This document shows, one piece after another, positions 12,633-26,709 of a DNA stretch of 64,000 nt (the stretch's first letter is position 1; each line of letters starts with the position of its first letter). The position numbers and the translations under genes are program-made. Below the pieces are notes generated by a model. It did no database searches. It was not told where the DNA came from and saw only the letters and a list, made by a program, of their open reading frames with translations. The DNA is from Amoebidium appalachense (Eukaryota > Protista > Ichthyosporea): positions 9,489,355 through 9,553,354 of the forward strand of contig CAVNZM010000006.1 in assembly GCA_963693365.1 (NCBI GenBank). Direction: 5' to 3'.

Positions 12633-12823
12633 ACACACCTACACACACGCACACAAGCGCGCGCAGCCGAGATGCGCGCGCACGCACACATGCATTGTGT
12701 CGAGCGCTGTAAACTTTGATCCATCTCGGGGACACAAATTTTGGCGTGGCGAAGTACATAGCGGATACATGTACAGAGCGGATCTGTATGTAAGTGAGCA
12801 CACGAACGGCGCGAGTTTACATC

Positions 12824-12838
12824 AACCACCCCCCCCAA
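12824..12838 (-). promoter_or_regulatory. Polypurine tract of the TRIM
   Basis: Minus strand reads ...TTGGGGGGGGTGGTTGA|TGTAAAC immediately before the 3' LTR. Confidence 0.7.
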
Positions 12839-13007
12839 GGGGCGAAGCAGTCTCGGCCTCGAGACCCGATTGGTCCACCCTATCAATCAGAGTCCGTGCT
12901 GCTTGTGGGCCGGTACGCGATGAACGGGGGGCGCCTGTAAATTTATAAAGTATTTGAAACTGGGAAGGAAAGCAGAGACACGGTGGTGCAGTGTAAAAAC
13001 ACCACAC

Positions 13008-13903
13008 TGTCAGACACACAACAACAAAAACACGGAACGATCGGAGCAGTGTACACAACAGACATCAATGTTTAGACACGACTGAACTAAATTTATTTCG
13101 ATCTCGCATATATACTCGAAATTCCCTTAAGTCAAACCTATCTGTGATTTCCGACCAGTCGGAAATCAGGTCTGTCTCTAAAAGAAACCAATCACTAAGA
13201 ACTAATTGCTTTCAGAGAGATCCGGTACGCGGATATGTACATGATAGGGCACAGACACTAGCAAAGATCAACTCGTGTCATTATCGAGGAAGTGAGGGAA
13301 GTTCTAACCTATGACACACTGCAAAGACTCAGACATACCACACTTAACCTTGATGATTGGATAAAGCACGGCAACACATGAAAACTAAAGTAAATTAATG
13401 AAGTCTGATCACACAGGTCAACCCAAGTGTAGCCTAAGTGTGTTACCGTCCAATCAACACTTATTAAGTAACACAAATCTACCTAACATATGTTAGTAGA
13501 AAAGAAATAATGATTATACACATGAAAACAAGGAGTCTTGAAAGAAAAGAAAATAAAGAAGGAGAAAGAGAAAGGAGAAGAGAGCACAGATCAACAAACG
13601 AGATAGCAATAGTATAACTATAACTCTGAGATATTTATGTACCGTGACACGAACATGTACACGTCTCTCTGTAAACAGTTGGACTGGTTAGAATAAGGCA
13701 GAGTACAACTGAATCAAAATAAAGACAGAGAACGGGTAGAAAGGCACACGCGGCCAGGTTGCTTTTACTATGGGCCGACTCAGTCTGTCTCCGACAGACT
13801 TCACTGATGTGATCCCCGTACTGGGACGGCTGTTTTATATAGCCCCCAGGTTTCGGATCAAGGCCCAGGATTGGTTCATCCGCGGCCAGCGCGGGTGGCA
13901 ACA
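13008..13903 (-). mobile_element. Possible second LTR nested inside the TRIM internal region
   Basis: Minus strand TGTTGCC...CTGACA, TATA-like GGCTATATAAAA near 13835, AATAAA near 13095, short patches resembling the 11447-12370 LTR. No TSD found, so boundaries are uncertain. Confidence 0.45.
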
Positions 13904-14300
13904 TGCCATTCGTGATTCTGGTGCGGTCCGAGCCAGTCAGACCTTCGTCCTATTTATGCAAACATCTTATTGGTTCACTTCGTTTACTAAGTGGTATGCA
14001 GCGGTAGAACCATATATGGTTCACCTCTTAGGTAAGATTGATTCCTATTGGTGCGGACATAATTTATGTGATATTCGTGACAAAGCACGAATCGTGTGCT
14101 AGTACATCACATTCTTTAGTAAACATGTACAGTTCATGTGTGCAGTTGTTTACACTTTCCCTGCCAAGTGGGTGGATCCGTGTACACACATATTAATATT
14201 CCGCGATATTGCAACACACGATTAAAGCCGATACAACACGATTACAAGTATACGAGCATATCGGAGATCGATGCTACACGGATCCACCCACTTCAGTCTA

Positions 14301-14317
14301 CCCGCGGTTGGGCGCCA
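14301..14317 (-). promoter_or_regulatory. Primer-binding site, tRNA-Lys type
   Basis: TGGCGCCCAACCGCGGG one base after the 5' LTR; matches the known tRNA-Lys PBS start TGGCGCCCAAC. Confidence 0.85.
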
Positions 14318-14352
14318 ATGTAAACTTTGATCCGTCTCGGGGACACAACATT

Positions 14353-14435
14353 TGGCGTGGCGGATTCAGGATTCGAACCTCAATCCTCGCGGCTGCGAGC
14401 TGCCAGTGGGAGCTCTAACCGCTAAGCCAAAAGGT
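14353..14435 (-). ncRNA. tRNA-derived Pol III cassette (A box + B box) inside the TRIM 5' LTR; not a functional tRNA
   Basis: Minus strand has A box/D-arm TGGCTTAGCGGTTAGAGC (stem GCTT/GAGC), hairpin CTCGC-AGCC-GCGAG, and B box GGTTCGAATCC in an extended stem GATTGAGG/CCTGAATC, ending CGCCA. No anticodon or acceptor stem pairing. Confidence 0.75.
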
Positions 14436-14914
14436 ACGCGCGCTGATGGCTGATCCATCATGCGACTTTTGTTCCATTCGAGTGATCAAGTACATAGCGG
14501 ATACAGAGCGGATCTGTATGTAAGCGAGCACGCGAACGGCGCGAGTTTACAGCGCACATACACACACACACACACATGTACCCGACAAACACACACTTGC
14601 ACTAAACAGATAGTGAGCAGAAAAACAAAAGCGTGACTCGTGTGTACTACGTGCCACGCAGGCACGCACACATGCATCACGCACGTAAGCACACGTGCAC
14701 ACACAGACACATGTGTGCGTGCGCTCTCTCTCGGGCACGCTCTTAACTACCTGATGATATGCTAATCTCTGTGGTGGCTTCCAAAATGATGTGTGTGCAG
14801 CACACACACGCCGTGGGACACATTCTGAATACGATTCTTTTTTTCTCTTACCGATTCCCCTTACCTCCTCCCCCTACCCCTCCCCCCTTCTTCCCCACCA
14901 CCACTATCACCGCC

Positions 14915-16014
<1,100 letters not shown>

Positions 16015-16137
16015 GTTTAGAAGTCCATTTTTGCACGCTCTCGCAACACATTTTCTCGCTGCAATCGAAAATATTCAAATTTGAATACCGATCTGATCTC
16101 TCTCCCGCACATCGTCTGACTGATTGATCACCATCAT

Positions 16138-16487
16138 GTCGGAGAAGCCCGCGTACCTCAACCTCACCCCCTGGAAAGGGGAGGACACCATGGACAAGAA
16201 GTTCGGCAAACGTCTCACCTATTATGAGTGGGAACCCGTCATCTTCCGGTACCTGCGTACCACCATCGCGGCCAGGTTAGTGCCCGTCATCCTTGAAGGC
16301 CCCCGAGTGGGTCGATCCTTCCGATGAGAACGAGTTGCACGGCTATGACATTGAGGAGGTCTACACCGAGGCTTCCAACTTCCTTAAACAGATGTTTACT
16401 CAACTCGTCTCCAATGATGAGCTGTATAACTCTGGTCAAATTCACGATATGATGTGTCACGCACATGTTGTGATGGCTCTGCCCTAG
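16138..16487 (+). pseudogene. Frameshifted copia-type gag N-terminal remnant
   Basis: MSEKPAYLNLTPWKG...TYYEWEPVIFRYLRT...LVPVILEGP continues as EWVDPSDENEL...ASNFLKQMFTQLVS after a one-base shift in the C-run at ~16300. It lies just downstream of the LTR and has a copia gag-like Y..W.....YL pattern. Confidence 0.6.
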
Positions 16488-16592
16488 TAATCAGAATTTG
16501 AGGTGCTGATCAAAATTTTAAAGGAAGGTCAAAAGTAGCTTTTGGCGGTGGTGGTGAAGGTGGTGGGGAGAGAAGGGGGCTTCCTTTTGTGT

Positions 16593-16681
<89 letters not shown>

Positions 16682-17024
16682 TCCGAGGGAGAAGTCCACA
16701 GCTGGGAGGGAGCCGTCGGACCCCGAGGGGCGGGGGGAAGGGGGGGGGGGGGGGGGGGGGGGGACCCACCACCTTACCCCCCAGGGGACCCACCACCCCG
16801 GTGGTAACCTTGTGGGAGGGAGGCGTCAAGTAGGTAAGCTCCAGGGGGAGGGGGGGGGGGGGGGGGGAGGGCGGGGGAAGGGGGGGGGGGGGGGGACCGC
16901 CAGGAGGGACTTCGATATTTACCTAACCCCCCTCCTTTCCCCTCCCTCCCCCCCCCCTCTCCCCCCAAAAAAAATTTAAATAAAAAAAACCTGAAGGCAA
17001 AGGCACACAGGCATACATACAGCC

Positions 17025-17091
<67 letters not shown>

Positions 17092-17261
17092 TACACACAC
17101 ACATACACACACGCACACACACGCACACATGCACGCACACACGCACACATACACACCACACACACACATACACGCACGGACACAGACAAACACACACACA
17201 CATACATACATTCACAATCACACGTAACATACACACACATGAAAAATCACACAACAACGAA

Positions 17262-17325
<64 letters not shown>

Positions 17326-17524
17326 GCGCGCGCGCGCGCGCGTAAAATATCATTATCAAAACACACGTGCATGCACACACATACACAGTCATGGGCGCGC
17401 GCACACACACACACCGTGGCGCACCCACACACAACCACATGTGCACACAATTGCAGTGCCACACACAAACACACACACACACACATTGCACCGTAAACAC
17501 ACACACACACACACATTGCACCGT

Positions 17525-17577
<53 letters not shown>

Positions 17578-18015
17578 CACACCACCCTGTGAACACACAG
17601 CTGTCATGATTTTAATATCCCCTATGCTGTTGTTTTTTGGGAGGGAAGGCTCGGGGGGCAAAGCCCCCGCGCGGGGGGAGGGGGGGGGGGAGGGGGGGGA
17701 GGGGGGGGGAGTGGGGGGGGGAGAATAGGGAGGGGGGGTTTATATGGGGGGGGCGGGGGAGGGGGATGGTGGAGGCAGAAGGAAGGGGCTTCTACATGGT
17801 AGGAGGGCCCGGGGGAAGGAAAGGGGCATAGCTAAATTGGTGATTATGGTGGTGGTGGTGGTGTTGTTTTGTTTTTTTTTGTTTTTTTTTTTGGGGGGGG
17901 GGGGGGATGTGGGAATGGAGGAGGGGGGGGAGGGGGGGGGGGGAGGGAAGCGGGCTAGGGGACCCGGCATCATAGCTACGATGCCGGATTGCGGCGGTGG
18001 TGGTCAGTGTGAGTG

Positions 18016-18058
<43 letters not shown>

Positions 18059-18081
18059 ATGTGCGTTGTCTGTGTGTGTGT

Positions 18082-18131
<50 letters not shown>

Positions 18132-18698
18132 GAACGGGACATAATTGGAGCAACGGCCAGTCGGCCAGTAAGAACATCCCAACCATATGCATGGCGTTCT
18201 TAATGGTGGGGCATCTTATTGACGGGCAACATCTGTATGGTATATACACCGTCAGGGTTTTCTTAGGTCCCCGAAAGATAATAGTTAACTACGAAATCCA
18301 AGTGGGGATATCCTAAAGTAGAGAACTGTGCAAATGATACATATTTACCGACAGGCCTTTCCTTACTGTAATGCCCCGAAAGATAAAACAAACCAAAGTT
18401 AAGCAGTTACGGAAGAGGCCGGGATTTACAAAGCCACAGTATGCCGAGAAATGCAAAATGGCCATGTTTAGTAAGGCGTGTAGTACATTGTGGCCAAGTT
18501 AAACTTACAGTAGCCTATAATAGTCCTACTAACATTAGCGGTAGGAAGGCTTTCGCTCTATCTTCGAAAGATATAAATTAACTATCCACTCAACTGTACT
18601 TTAAACAGACATCTGACACGATGCGACGAGATAATAGGAAAACAAGTACTTAGTCTGGGAAATACAATGACATTCTCCGAGCACAATCATTATAGAAA

Positions 18699-19717
18699 TC
18701 AAGCCACGGGGATTCTCAAAAATGCATCACAGCTAGATGTGCTCCAGCCATTGGGCGGTGCGTACCGATCGACATACTGAGAGAAGTACTGGTCAAAGTA
18801 AGCACACCAGTACGCATTACCATCCGCCGTTTTAACACGTGCTACGCCTAGCAATGGAAATTTGTCGTTATATATCACCTCCTTTGCCTGAATACCACCG
18901 TTGGCCATTGGGTTAAACATAGTCAGTGTTTTGTTGAAGGGAATATCCATCCACGCCTTCACAACATCTTCGGCGGGGGTAATGCCACCAGCAGTATCTG
19001 CGTACTCAAACACGCGGTAATCAAAGTCACCGGGCTGTTCAAATTGTTGGTGGGAATAGAAGCGAACGCCGGTTGCCTTGCGTTCGGCCATTTTCCTTGC
19101 ACACACTTCCGCAATAGGCATCAGCCGCCTGTAAGAAGCAAGACAAAAAAACCGTGGGTAACTTGATTTTACAACCCTTAGCTAGGCTGCATACCTCGTA
19201 AAGGAAATCCGTGTTCCTTTTTTTCTCTGGGTCCCATGATCCGTTATTTGTGTCGTCATTCCTCATTTTTTCTCACAAAAAAAGTAGCTAGCTAGCTACT
19301 CGATGTTTTTACGCACCCAAGCCTTTAGAATATCCCTCCCCCTCCATCATTGAATATTGAACTTACTCACGGTACAAACTCAAAAACGAACCCATTAAAT
19401 ACTGGCACCGTTCTGCACACAAATCACAAAGACAGGGGGAGAGAGCCCTCGGGGGTGAGATGGAGGGAGCAGGAAAAAGTGTCGTGTATCTTGTGTGGAT
19501 GCGTGTGTTAATAGTGAAAGTTTACGGAGGGTGTTAGGTGGAAAGGCAACACCACACTAACGGGGGGGGGGGGAGGGAGGGGAAGATATATCGTATAGAG
19601 AGATATAGAGAGACTCGGAGAGGGAGAGGGACAGGGGAAGAGAGAGAGAGAAGGGTGGGTGAGGGGAAGGGGAGGGCAAGAGACACGGGCGTGTGCAGGG
19701 GAGCGGGTGGGAAGACA

Positions 19718-19809
<92 letters not shown>

Positions 19810-19933
19810 GAGAGAGGGATGAAGCGGGAGGGAGAGGAAGAGGGAGAGAGGGGAGAGGGAGATAGAGAGAGAGATAGAGCTCGAGAGAGACACAGAGACA
19901 GAGACAGAGACAGAAAGAGAGAGAGAGAGAGAG

Positions 19934-19965
<32 letters not shown>

Positions 19966-21127
19966 CGCGCACGTGCGCCATGTGACCACGGCAGTGGTGT
20001 AGTTAGTCAAGAAGGAGAACTGAGGGCTTCAGGGGTACTCAAATGCCCTTATTGCCTAACAGGAATCTAGCAACTTACATGGTCCCCGAGTACAGAGAAC
20101 ACAGGCATTTCGCGCGGCAGGGTGAACAGGTTACTTACCACCCGAAGTATGTATGGTCGCCAGCAGTGCCACTGGTATATCTTGTTCTGATCTGCTTCGC
20201 GTTGCACAGTACTTGCATGGTGGCAGCCTCGTTCGTGATGTTGCCAATTGCCAGAAACTTGGGCCGACAGACCCATCTATTCTTGATGGGCAGAAAGTAG
20301 TTGGGCTTGACACCCCCAGACTTCTTGACGCTACACCACTTTTGCACCATTGCCAGGTACTCGCCGCCTTTGAAGGTGGCATGTGCCTGGATGAGCCTGT
20401 CCACGGTAATACCGTACATGCTGGCCACGTCCTCACAGTAATCGGTCTTGTTGGCCGCGTCTTTGGACAGCTCGTGTACGTGTCCGCCAGTCTTGACATT
20501 GCAGTCCTCCTCGGCCCATTTTTGTTCTTGCTCCCAGTTGGGCGGAATACACAACCAACTCAGAAAGTAGGTGGGCGGCTGCTGGCTGGTGTCCTCGCAA
20601 AATTGTTTGACTTGGGCCTTCTGCCAGGGGTTCACATTGATGATATCGTAGATAGGCACACGTGCCAGGCTTGCGAAAAATTGACAGTTGTATTGTGCCG
20701 TGTAAGGTCTATCTGGGGCCATAGGAAGATCCAACAGTTTGCCATTGAAATTACCCTCACACAGTGATACGGCCAGCCCACGCCATTCCGCGGTGGTCGG
20801 GCGCTCCTTCTTCGGAATGCATATCCACTGCACATAGTAAGTGGGTGGGTTAGGCTCCTTGCGCTGGCAAAACTGAGCGATAAAAGTATTGTTTGGGTTT
20901 ACTCTGAGAATGCTATCGACGGCCACCCCATAGTTGTTTGCGATCATCTCGCAGTTCTCGAGCGCCAAGTATTGGTTGCTCGCAGAGACGTTGAGGGTGT
21001 GCAGCGTCCCCTCGTTGTTTGTTCTCTGCATACAAAGCCCCTGGTTCCAGGCCTTCCAGTCTTGTGCAAAGGCTCCACAGGAAAGCAGGGCCAGGGCCCC
21101 AAAATGCATCAGCCATGCATTCATCAT
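18699..21127 (-). CDS. Secreted protein with three Cys-type LysM domains and a C-terminal CAP/SCP domain, 2 exons, ~472 aa
   Basis: Exon 1 21127-20139 (TG|GTAAGT) and exon 2 19128-18699 (TTCTTACAG|G) join as ...TYFGWRLMPIAEVCARKMA. Signal peptide present. Repeats NCEMIANNYGVAVDSILRVNP..WICIP, NCQFFASLARVPIYDIINVNP..WLCIP, YCEDVASMYGITVDRLIQAH..WVCRP. CAP-like FYSH, AEDVVKAWMD, LGVARVKTADGNAYWCAYF. Confidence 0.85.
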
Positions 21128-23101
21128 GTTCAGTGTGAATTAGCTACTTCAGCTACAGCCTACATACGGTAGACAATAATAAACCGCCTGTGATATTGAA
21201 TATCCAAGATGGCATTCACTGCACAAAAAGGCAGTCCGATGGTGTGCTATTATTGTATGTATTTGAGCCTGGAATCCGAGACCAACTAGTTGCCGTGGCT
21301 AGTAAGCATTCTTATGCACTTTTAGTATCGAACTTGACGAGTCACCTAAAACATAAAACGCGTGAATGCTGAAGTGTCCAGCTCGGGTCAAGGGCCAGGC
21401 CCAGAGTGTAGGAGGGTTCCTTTCTGGAAGGCATTCGAAGAAGTGCATACCAGCGATAATACTGATAAAAAGATTTTATCCGGGGACTCCAATCTCAAGG
21501 CCTTGGAGTAGGGTTGCGGAAGAAACGGGCTCAAGGGAGAGACAATCACGAATGTTTGGTACCACGATGCGTAAAGTCAGAGAAGCCCTGTTTTGAACAG
21601 ACACACATCTGAGGAGCTGAACGTCTGTAACTCTGTTTCTTTGTGACTGATGCAAGTTACCCGTCACGTGAGGACTCGCGCCAATTTTTAAACGCTAGAT
21701 CTAGAAGGAATTCAGAACATCCCATTGCATGCCGGCCGGGGTCGGCGAGTAACAAACCAGCGGGGTGATGACTGAGCAGGTGGGTAGACACGTAGGTATC
21801 AGCCCCAGACTGATAACATCAGCTTATACAATGTTCTATCCCAGGAATGCTGTACGCCAGTACATACATATTACCTATATATATTCATGACCGGATGAAG
21901 CAGTGACCTTATCGAGTCTGATTCCCCAGATCTTCGCGTTTTGCGTTCTTAAAACCCTCCAATCATGGCAGCTATGTACATGCATGCCAGTGTGTAAACA
22001 AACGCGACGCATCTACTGATTCACTTGTACACTGTGCCTACAACTGTGGATCTGGTAAGTAGCCCAGTGGGCCTGGGCACCGTGACCGGCTCGAAATTCC
22101 TATTTTTCTTTTTTTTGTATTTATTTTTTATAAAAGCATGCAAGTGTGCACATAAAATTGCATCTACAATCATTATGATAAATGTACTACTACAGTACTG
22201 TAGAATTTGTTGATCTATTACAGGAAACAATATATCAGTCCATTCACTGACGTAGAGACATGCAGCCCACCTGACGGTACGTACGTACTAATACAAGTGT
22301 TCACATGTTGAACACCGTGTACATGTACGCCGTGAACCTCCCCCGCGCTCTCAGTGGTACCCACTAATTTAGCTAGCCTACGGTCCGCCCGCCAAGAAAC
22401 ACTGATTGTTTTTTAGTCAGACTCTACTACTGAGCGTTCCGGCCCGCGTGCACAGGAACCATGGGTACGTACCCTCTCTGGCAGGGCGACTGGTCTCTTG
22501 AAGTATGCATTTTTATTATTGTTGTCATATGCTTTCTCCCCAGCCCCCCCCCCCCCCCCCCCCCCCCCAAACAACAAATCCCTCTCCCCCCTCTCTGCCC
22601 ACTCGCCTCCCCTCCTTCCAACACACACGTATCTGCATGTCACGCCCCTTCCCACTGTACACGCCCGGTACTCCCCCCCCCCTTCCCCTCCCCCCCCCCC
22701 CCCCCCTCCCCCCAGCCCTCCCCCCTCCCCCCCCCCCCCCCCCCCCCCCCCCTCCCCGCCCTCCCCCCTCCGTTTAATAGATACACCCCCCACTGCAGCT
22801 GGCCATGCGCAGTTGGTATATATATCCATGTCCTATCCCATTCCCTACACTCCAAATCTCCCGCCTAGCTAGGTTCCATATCCCTGCTCCGTGAAACCAC
22901 GGTACCCCCCCCACCCCCTCCCTACCTGCAGGTGCCACTTATGCCATAGCATAATTCGTAGTAGAACAGGGAGACTGAGAGGGAGAGGAGGAGGGGTGGG
23001 TGGGTGGGTGGATAGTGGTGGTGGTGGGGGGGGGGGGGGGGAGAAGGGAGAGGGAAAGAGAGAGAGAGAGAAAGAGAGAGAGGCACACACACACACACAG
23101 A

Positions 23102-23132
<31 letters not shown>

Positions 23133-23170
23133 CCTGAGGGAGAGAGGGAGAGGGACGGGGAGAGAGAGAG

Positions 23171-23203
<33 letters not shown>

Positions 23204-23206
23204 GGA

Positions 23207-23248
<42 letters not shown>

Positions 23249-23396
23249 GGGGGGGAGGGGAGAGGGAGAGAGGGAGGGAGGAATAGAGCAAGAGAGAGAG
23301 GGGGGGCGGGGAGAGGGGGGGGAGGGGGGGGGGGGGGGGGGAGAGAGAGAGAGAGAGAGAGAAAGAGAAAGAGAGAGAGAGACAGAGAGAGAGCCC

Positions 23397-23536
<140 letters not shown>

Positions 23537-23820
23537 GAGAGAGCTTCGAAGAGAGAGAGGAGGGGGAGAGGAGAGAGCCTGAGGGAGAAAGGGAGAAAGA
23601 GAGAGAGTGAGAGAGTGAGAGAGTGAGAGAGTGAGACTCTGAGAGACGGAGAGAGGGGAAGACGGAGAATCTCCGCTGTCTCAAGATGATAGCTATGGCT
23701 CTTTAAGTTGAGGTTTAACCGCTATGATACACCTCACAACCTTATAGCCTCTCTCACTCTTATTTTGTTTGGGCTCAGTGGTAATTCAAGTACGCTTCAG
23801 CCTCGGTTCCTGCCGCATTT

Positions 23821-23968
<148 letters not shown>

Positions 23969-24039
23969 AGGGGGAGGGGGGGGGACCCACCTGTCCAGCG
24001 GGCTGGCCATGGTGACGGGATCCGCCCCCCTCCCCCCCC

Positions 24040-24081
<42 letters not shown>

Positions 24082-24270
24082 CTCCCCCCACCACCAGTTA
24101 CTGTACCACCAACTTCTTATATTCGTTTCGATTAGAGCTTCGGTTTTTAATCAGGCACACATTAGCATGCGCGCCGTATGTGTGCGTGTGTGTCTCAGCT
24201 GTGTCGTGAAACCAGTGTGTGTGGGTGGGTGTGGGTGTTGGACGACAGTATTGAGTGTGTGTTGGCACAC

Positions 24271-24315
<45 letters not shown>

Positions 24316-25499
24316 TACGTGTCACGTCGTGCCTGCCTACAATGTCATAATATTAATTATACTAGGAGACACCCTCAAATACATGCACACCTGTTTGCAC
24401 GCACGCGCATCAACAATTGCCTTGATTGCGCTGATCCTCGCAAGATGATATACATCCACACTACACGATGTTTACACACACACTGCACAACGGTTGGCAG
24501 TGCTGAAGAGGTGAGTGGGACAGGGTGTGTGTGGGTGGTCGGGGGAGGGGGGTTGCGTGTTTATGTGCATGTCACCACCGTGCGTGTATGTGTGCATGCC
24601 GCTACGGTGCGTGCGACGCCGTACGTGCGTGCTCTGGTACATACCTGCGTGCGCGAGTCACAGCATCCTTTTCCCTCAGGCCATCTGTTTAGCTTGTGGC
24701 CCACGGTGACACTCGTGTGGGGACCTCTTGTTCGTGTGTGAGTGCCGGTATCTGCATATGAGTGCGCGCTGGTCTATTGCCACGGTGTGTGTGCAGGTCG
24801 TGTGTATATGTGTGTGTGCTTGTGTGTGTGATATGTATGTGTGCATGCGTGTGTGCGCGCATGCGCGCATGCTTCCGTGAGTGCGTAAGTGTGTGTGTGC
24901 ATACGTGCGTACTTGTGTGTATACGTGCATGCATGCCTGCATGTGTGACACTGTGTCTTGCTGAAGCCAATGTGGCGTAGAAATACCACCATAGCCCTTG
25001 ATTTCTTTTAGTGACTGACTTCCAGATTATTGAATGTGTGTTCACTGGCGGTGGAAAAAGGGTTGCAATGAGTTGACTCTCGTGAAGGCAAGCCCTCAGG
25101 GCAGGCCGGGGCAGGGGGGGGGGGGGGGGAGGGAGGGAGGGAGGGAGGGGAGGAGGGGGGGGATTGAATTGGGCACAATATCAAGTTACGATAAGGCGAG
25201 CAACAAGCTATTGGTCTTAGAGTGGAAGTTGTGGAAGTTCTTAGGGAGAGTACGGGGGGAGAGGCGGCGACGGGGAGGGGGGGGGGAGAGAGCACTGATG
25301 GTCGTCCGGGCAGGCGGGGGGCGGGGGGATGGGGGGGGGGGGGGGGAGGCTGGGTGCTGGGGGGGGGGGGGGGGTGGACTGGGGGGAGGGAGGGGGGGGG
25401 GGGGGTTGCCTTTTGTAAGCATGCCCGGAACAACCTGGCTTTTTCAATAGACTATTCTTTACTAGTATGATTTTGCTGAGTTTTTGCTAATTTGTAACT

Positions 25500-25672
25500 A
25501 GATTTTTTTATTTTATCACGTTTTGTTCCCGGACAGTCTTTGCAGGCCCTCTAGGGAAACTACCGTCTACCACACAGCACCGACAGTACAATAGTTAGGG
25601 TGCTATATATTAGTTCAGCTAAGCTAAACCATCCTTCACAACCTAACTATAAGTACACACTTTTCCTAGGGT
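25500..25672 (-). repeat. Repeat family R2, inverted copy
   Basis: Reverse complement reads CCCTAGGAAAAGTGTGTAC...TAGCACCCTAACTATTGTACTGTCGGTGCTGTGTGGTAGACGGTAGTTTCCCTAGAGGGCCTGCAA...GGGAACAAAACGTGATAAAA, matching 11190-11280 and 11338-11446. Confidence 0.75.
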
Positions 25673-26676
25673 TGCTGCCCCAGCCACGCCGGCAGGAGGC
25701 ACCAGTCCTCCCTTCAGCACTCAAAAACTAGTAACGTTAACCGCGGGCTCTCATTGGTCGATCTACAGTAGTGGAATGTCCTAAGTGTTGTGTGTTATGT
25801 TTACGGTGGGTAGGGGTGGATGATGGGGTGTGGTGGTGGTGGGGGGGGGGGGGGAGGGGGGGGGTTGCTACCTAAGATTATGTGTTGTTGTACATACATG
25901 TTGGCAATGCTCTTATGAACTAAAAGGCGTGTTTTGCAGCAGCATGGTCCTGTGTGTGTTCCAGCAGTCAGGGCAGGCTGGCCGGATGTGTGTGGGAGGT
26001 GTTTTTGTGTGTGTTTTGGTTTTGGGGGGGTGCCGTGCTTTTCTTTCTACGGGTGGTGGTTTGGTGGTGCTTATTTTTGCATGTTGGGGTGGGTGGGGGG
26101 GAGTGTGATGTTTCGTGGGTGCCAAAATTTGAAAGGAAAAAAGACTGTAATTCTGCTGTTATTTTTCCTAAGATGACCCTGGTGGTGGTCTCGGTGGCCA
26201 TGGTGCCGGTGGCTGCTAGTAGTGGGCCCACCGATCGTGGGCAGAACCCTGTTCCACCCTCTTGATGTCCTCGGGGTCTGTTGGGTCTCCGATACCTCCT
26301 ATCCAGTTTATCCATACACATTGGTCTACCATCGTGGCTGCCGTGTGTTGGTGCTGTGCCGTGGGGGTTTTTGGGTCCCGGAAATTAGTAACTAGATGGT
26401 GTTTATCATATCGGAATACATGATGTGAACTACTGCATGGCGAAGAGGCCTAGGGTGCCAAATCTGAGTCTTGATATCCACTGTTATCCGCACATACTAA
26501 CAGAAGTATCATACATAGTCATTCCTATTGGTGTGTAGGCCCTCGAGCTCCCCTGCCCCCCCCCCCCCCCCCCCCCCCCCTCCCCTCACCGCCCCACCTG
26601 CTGGGATACCCGGATATGTCCCCCCCCCCCCCCCCCCCCCCCCGCCCCCTCTCCTTAAAAAAAACCCCCTCTCCTT

Positions 26677-26709
<33 letters not shown>

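Larger units (their letters stand above)
12708..14551 (-). mobile_element. Non-autonomous LTR retrotransposon (TRIM), Helenus/TRIMp3-like
   Basis: Direct repeats 12708-12821 and 14319-14551, both bounded by TGTAAAC...GTTTACA. TSD GCGC at 12704-12707 and 14552-14555. PBS and PPT lie in the expected places on the minus strand. No coding capacity. Confidence 0.9.

Noticed and set aside
14353-14435. Functional tRNA gene
   Set aside because: D- and T-arm motifs are present but the acceptor and anticodon stems do not pair; it is embedded in an LTR.
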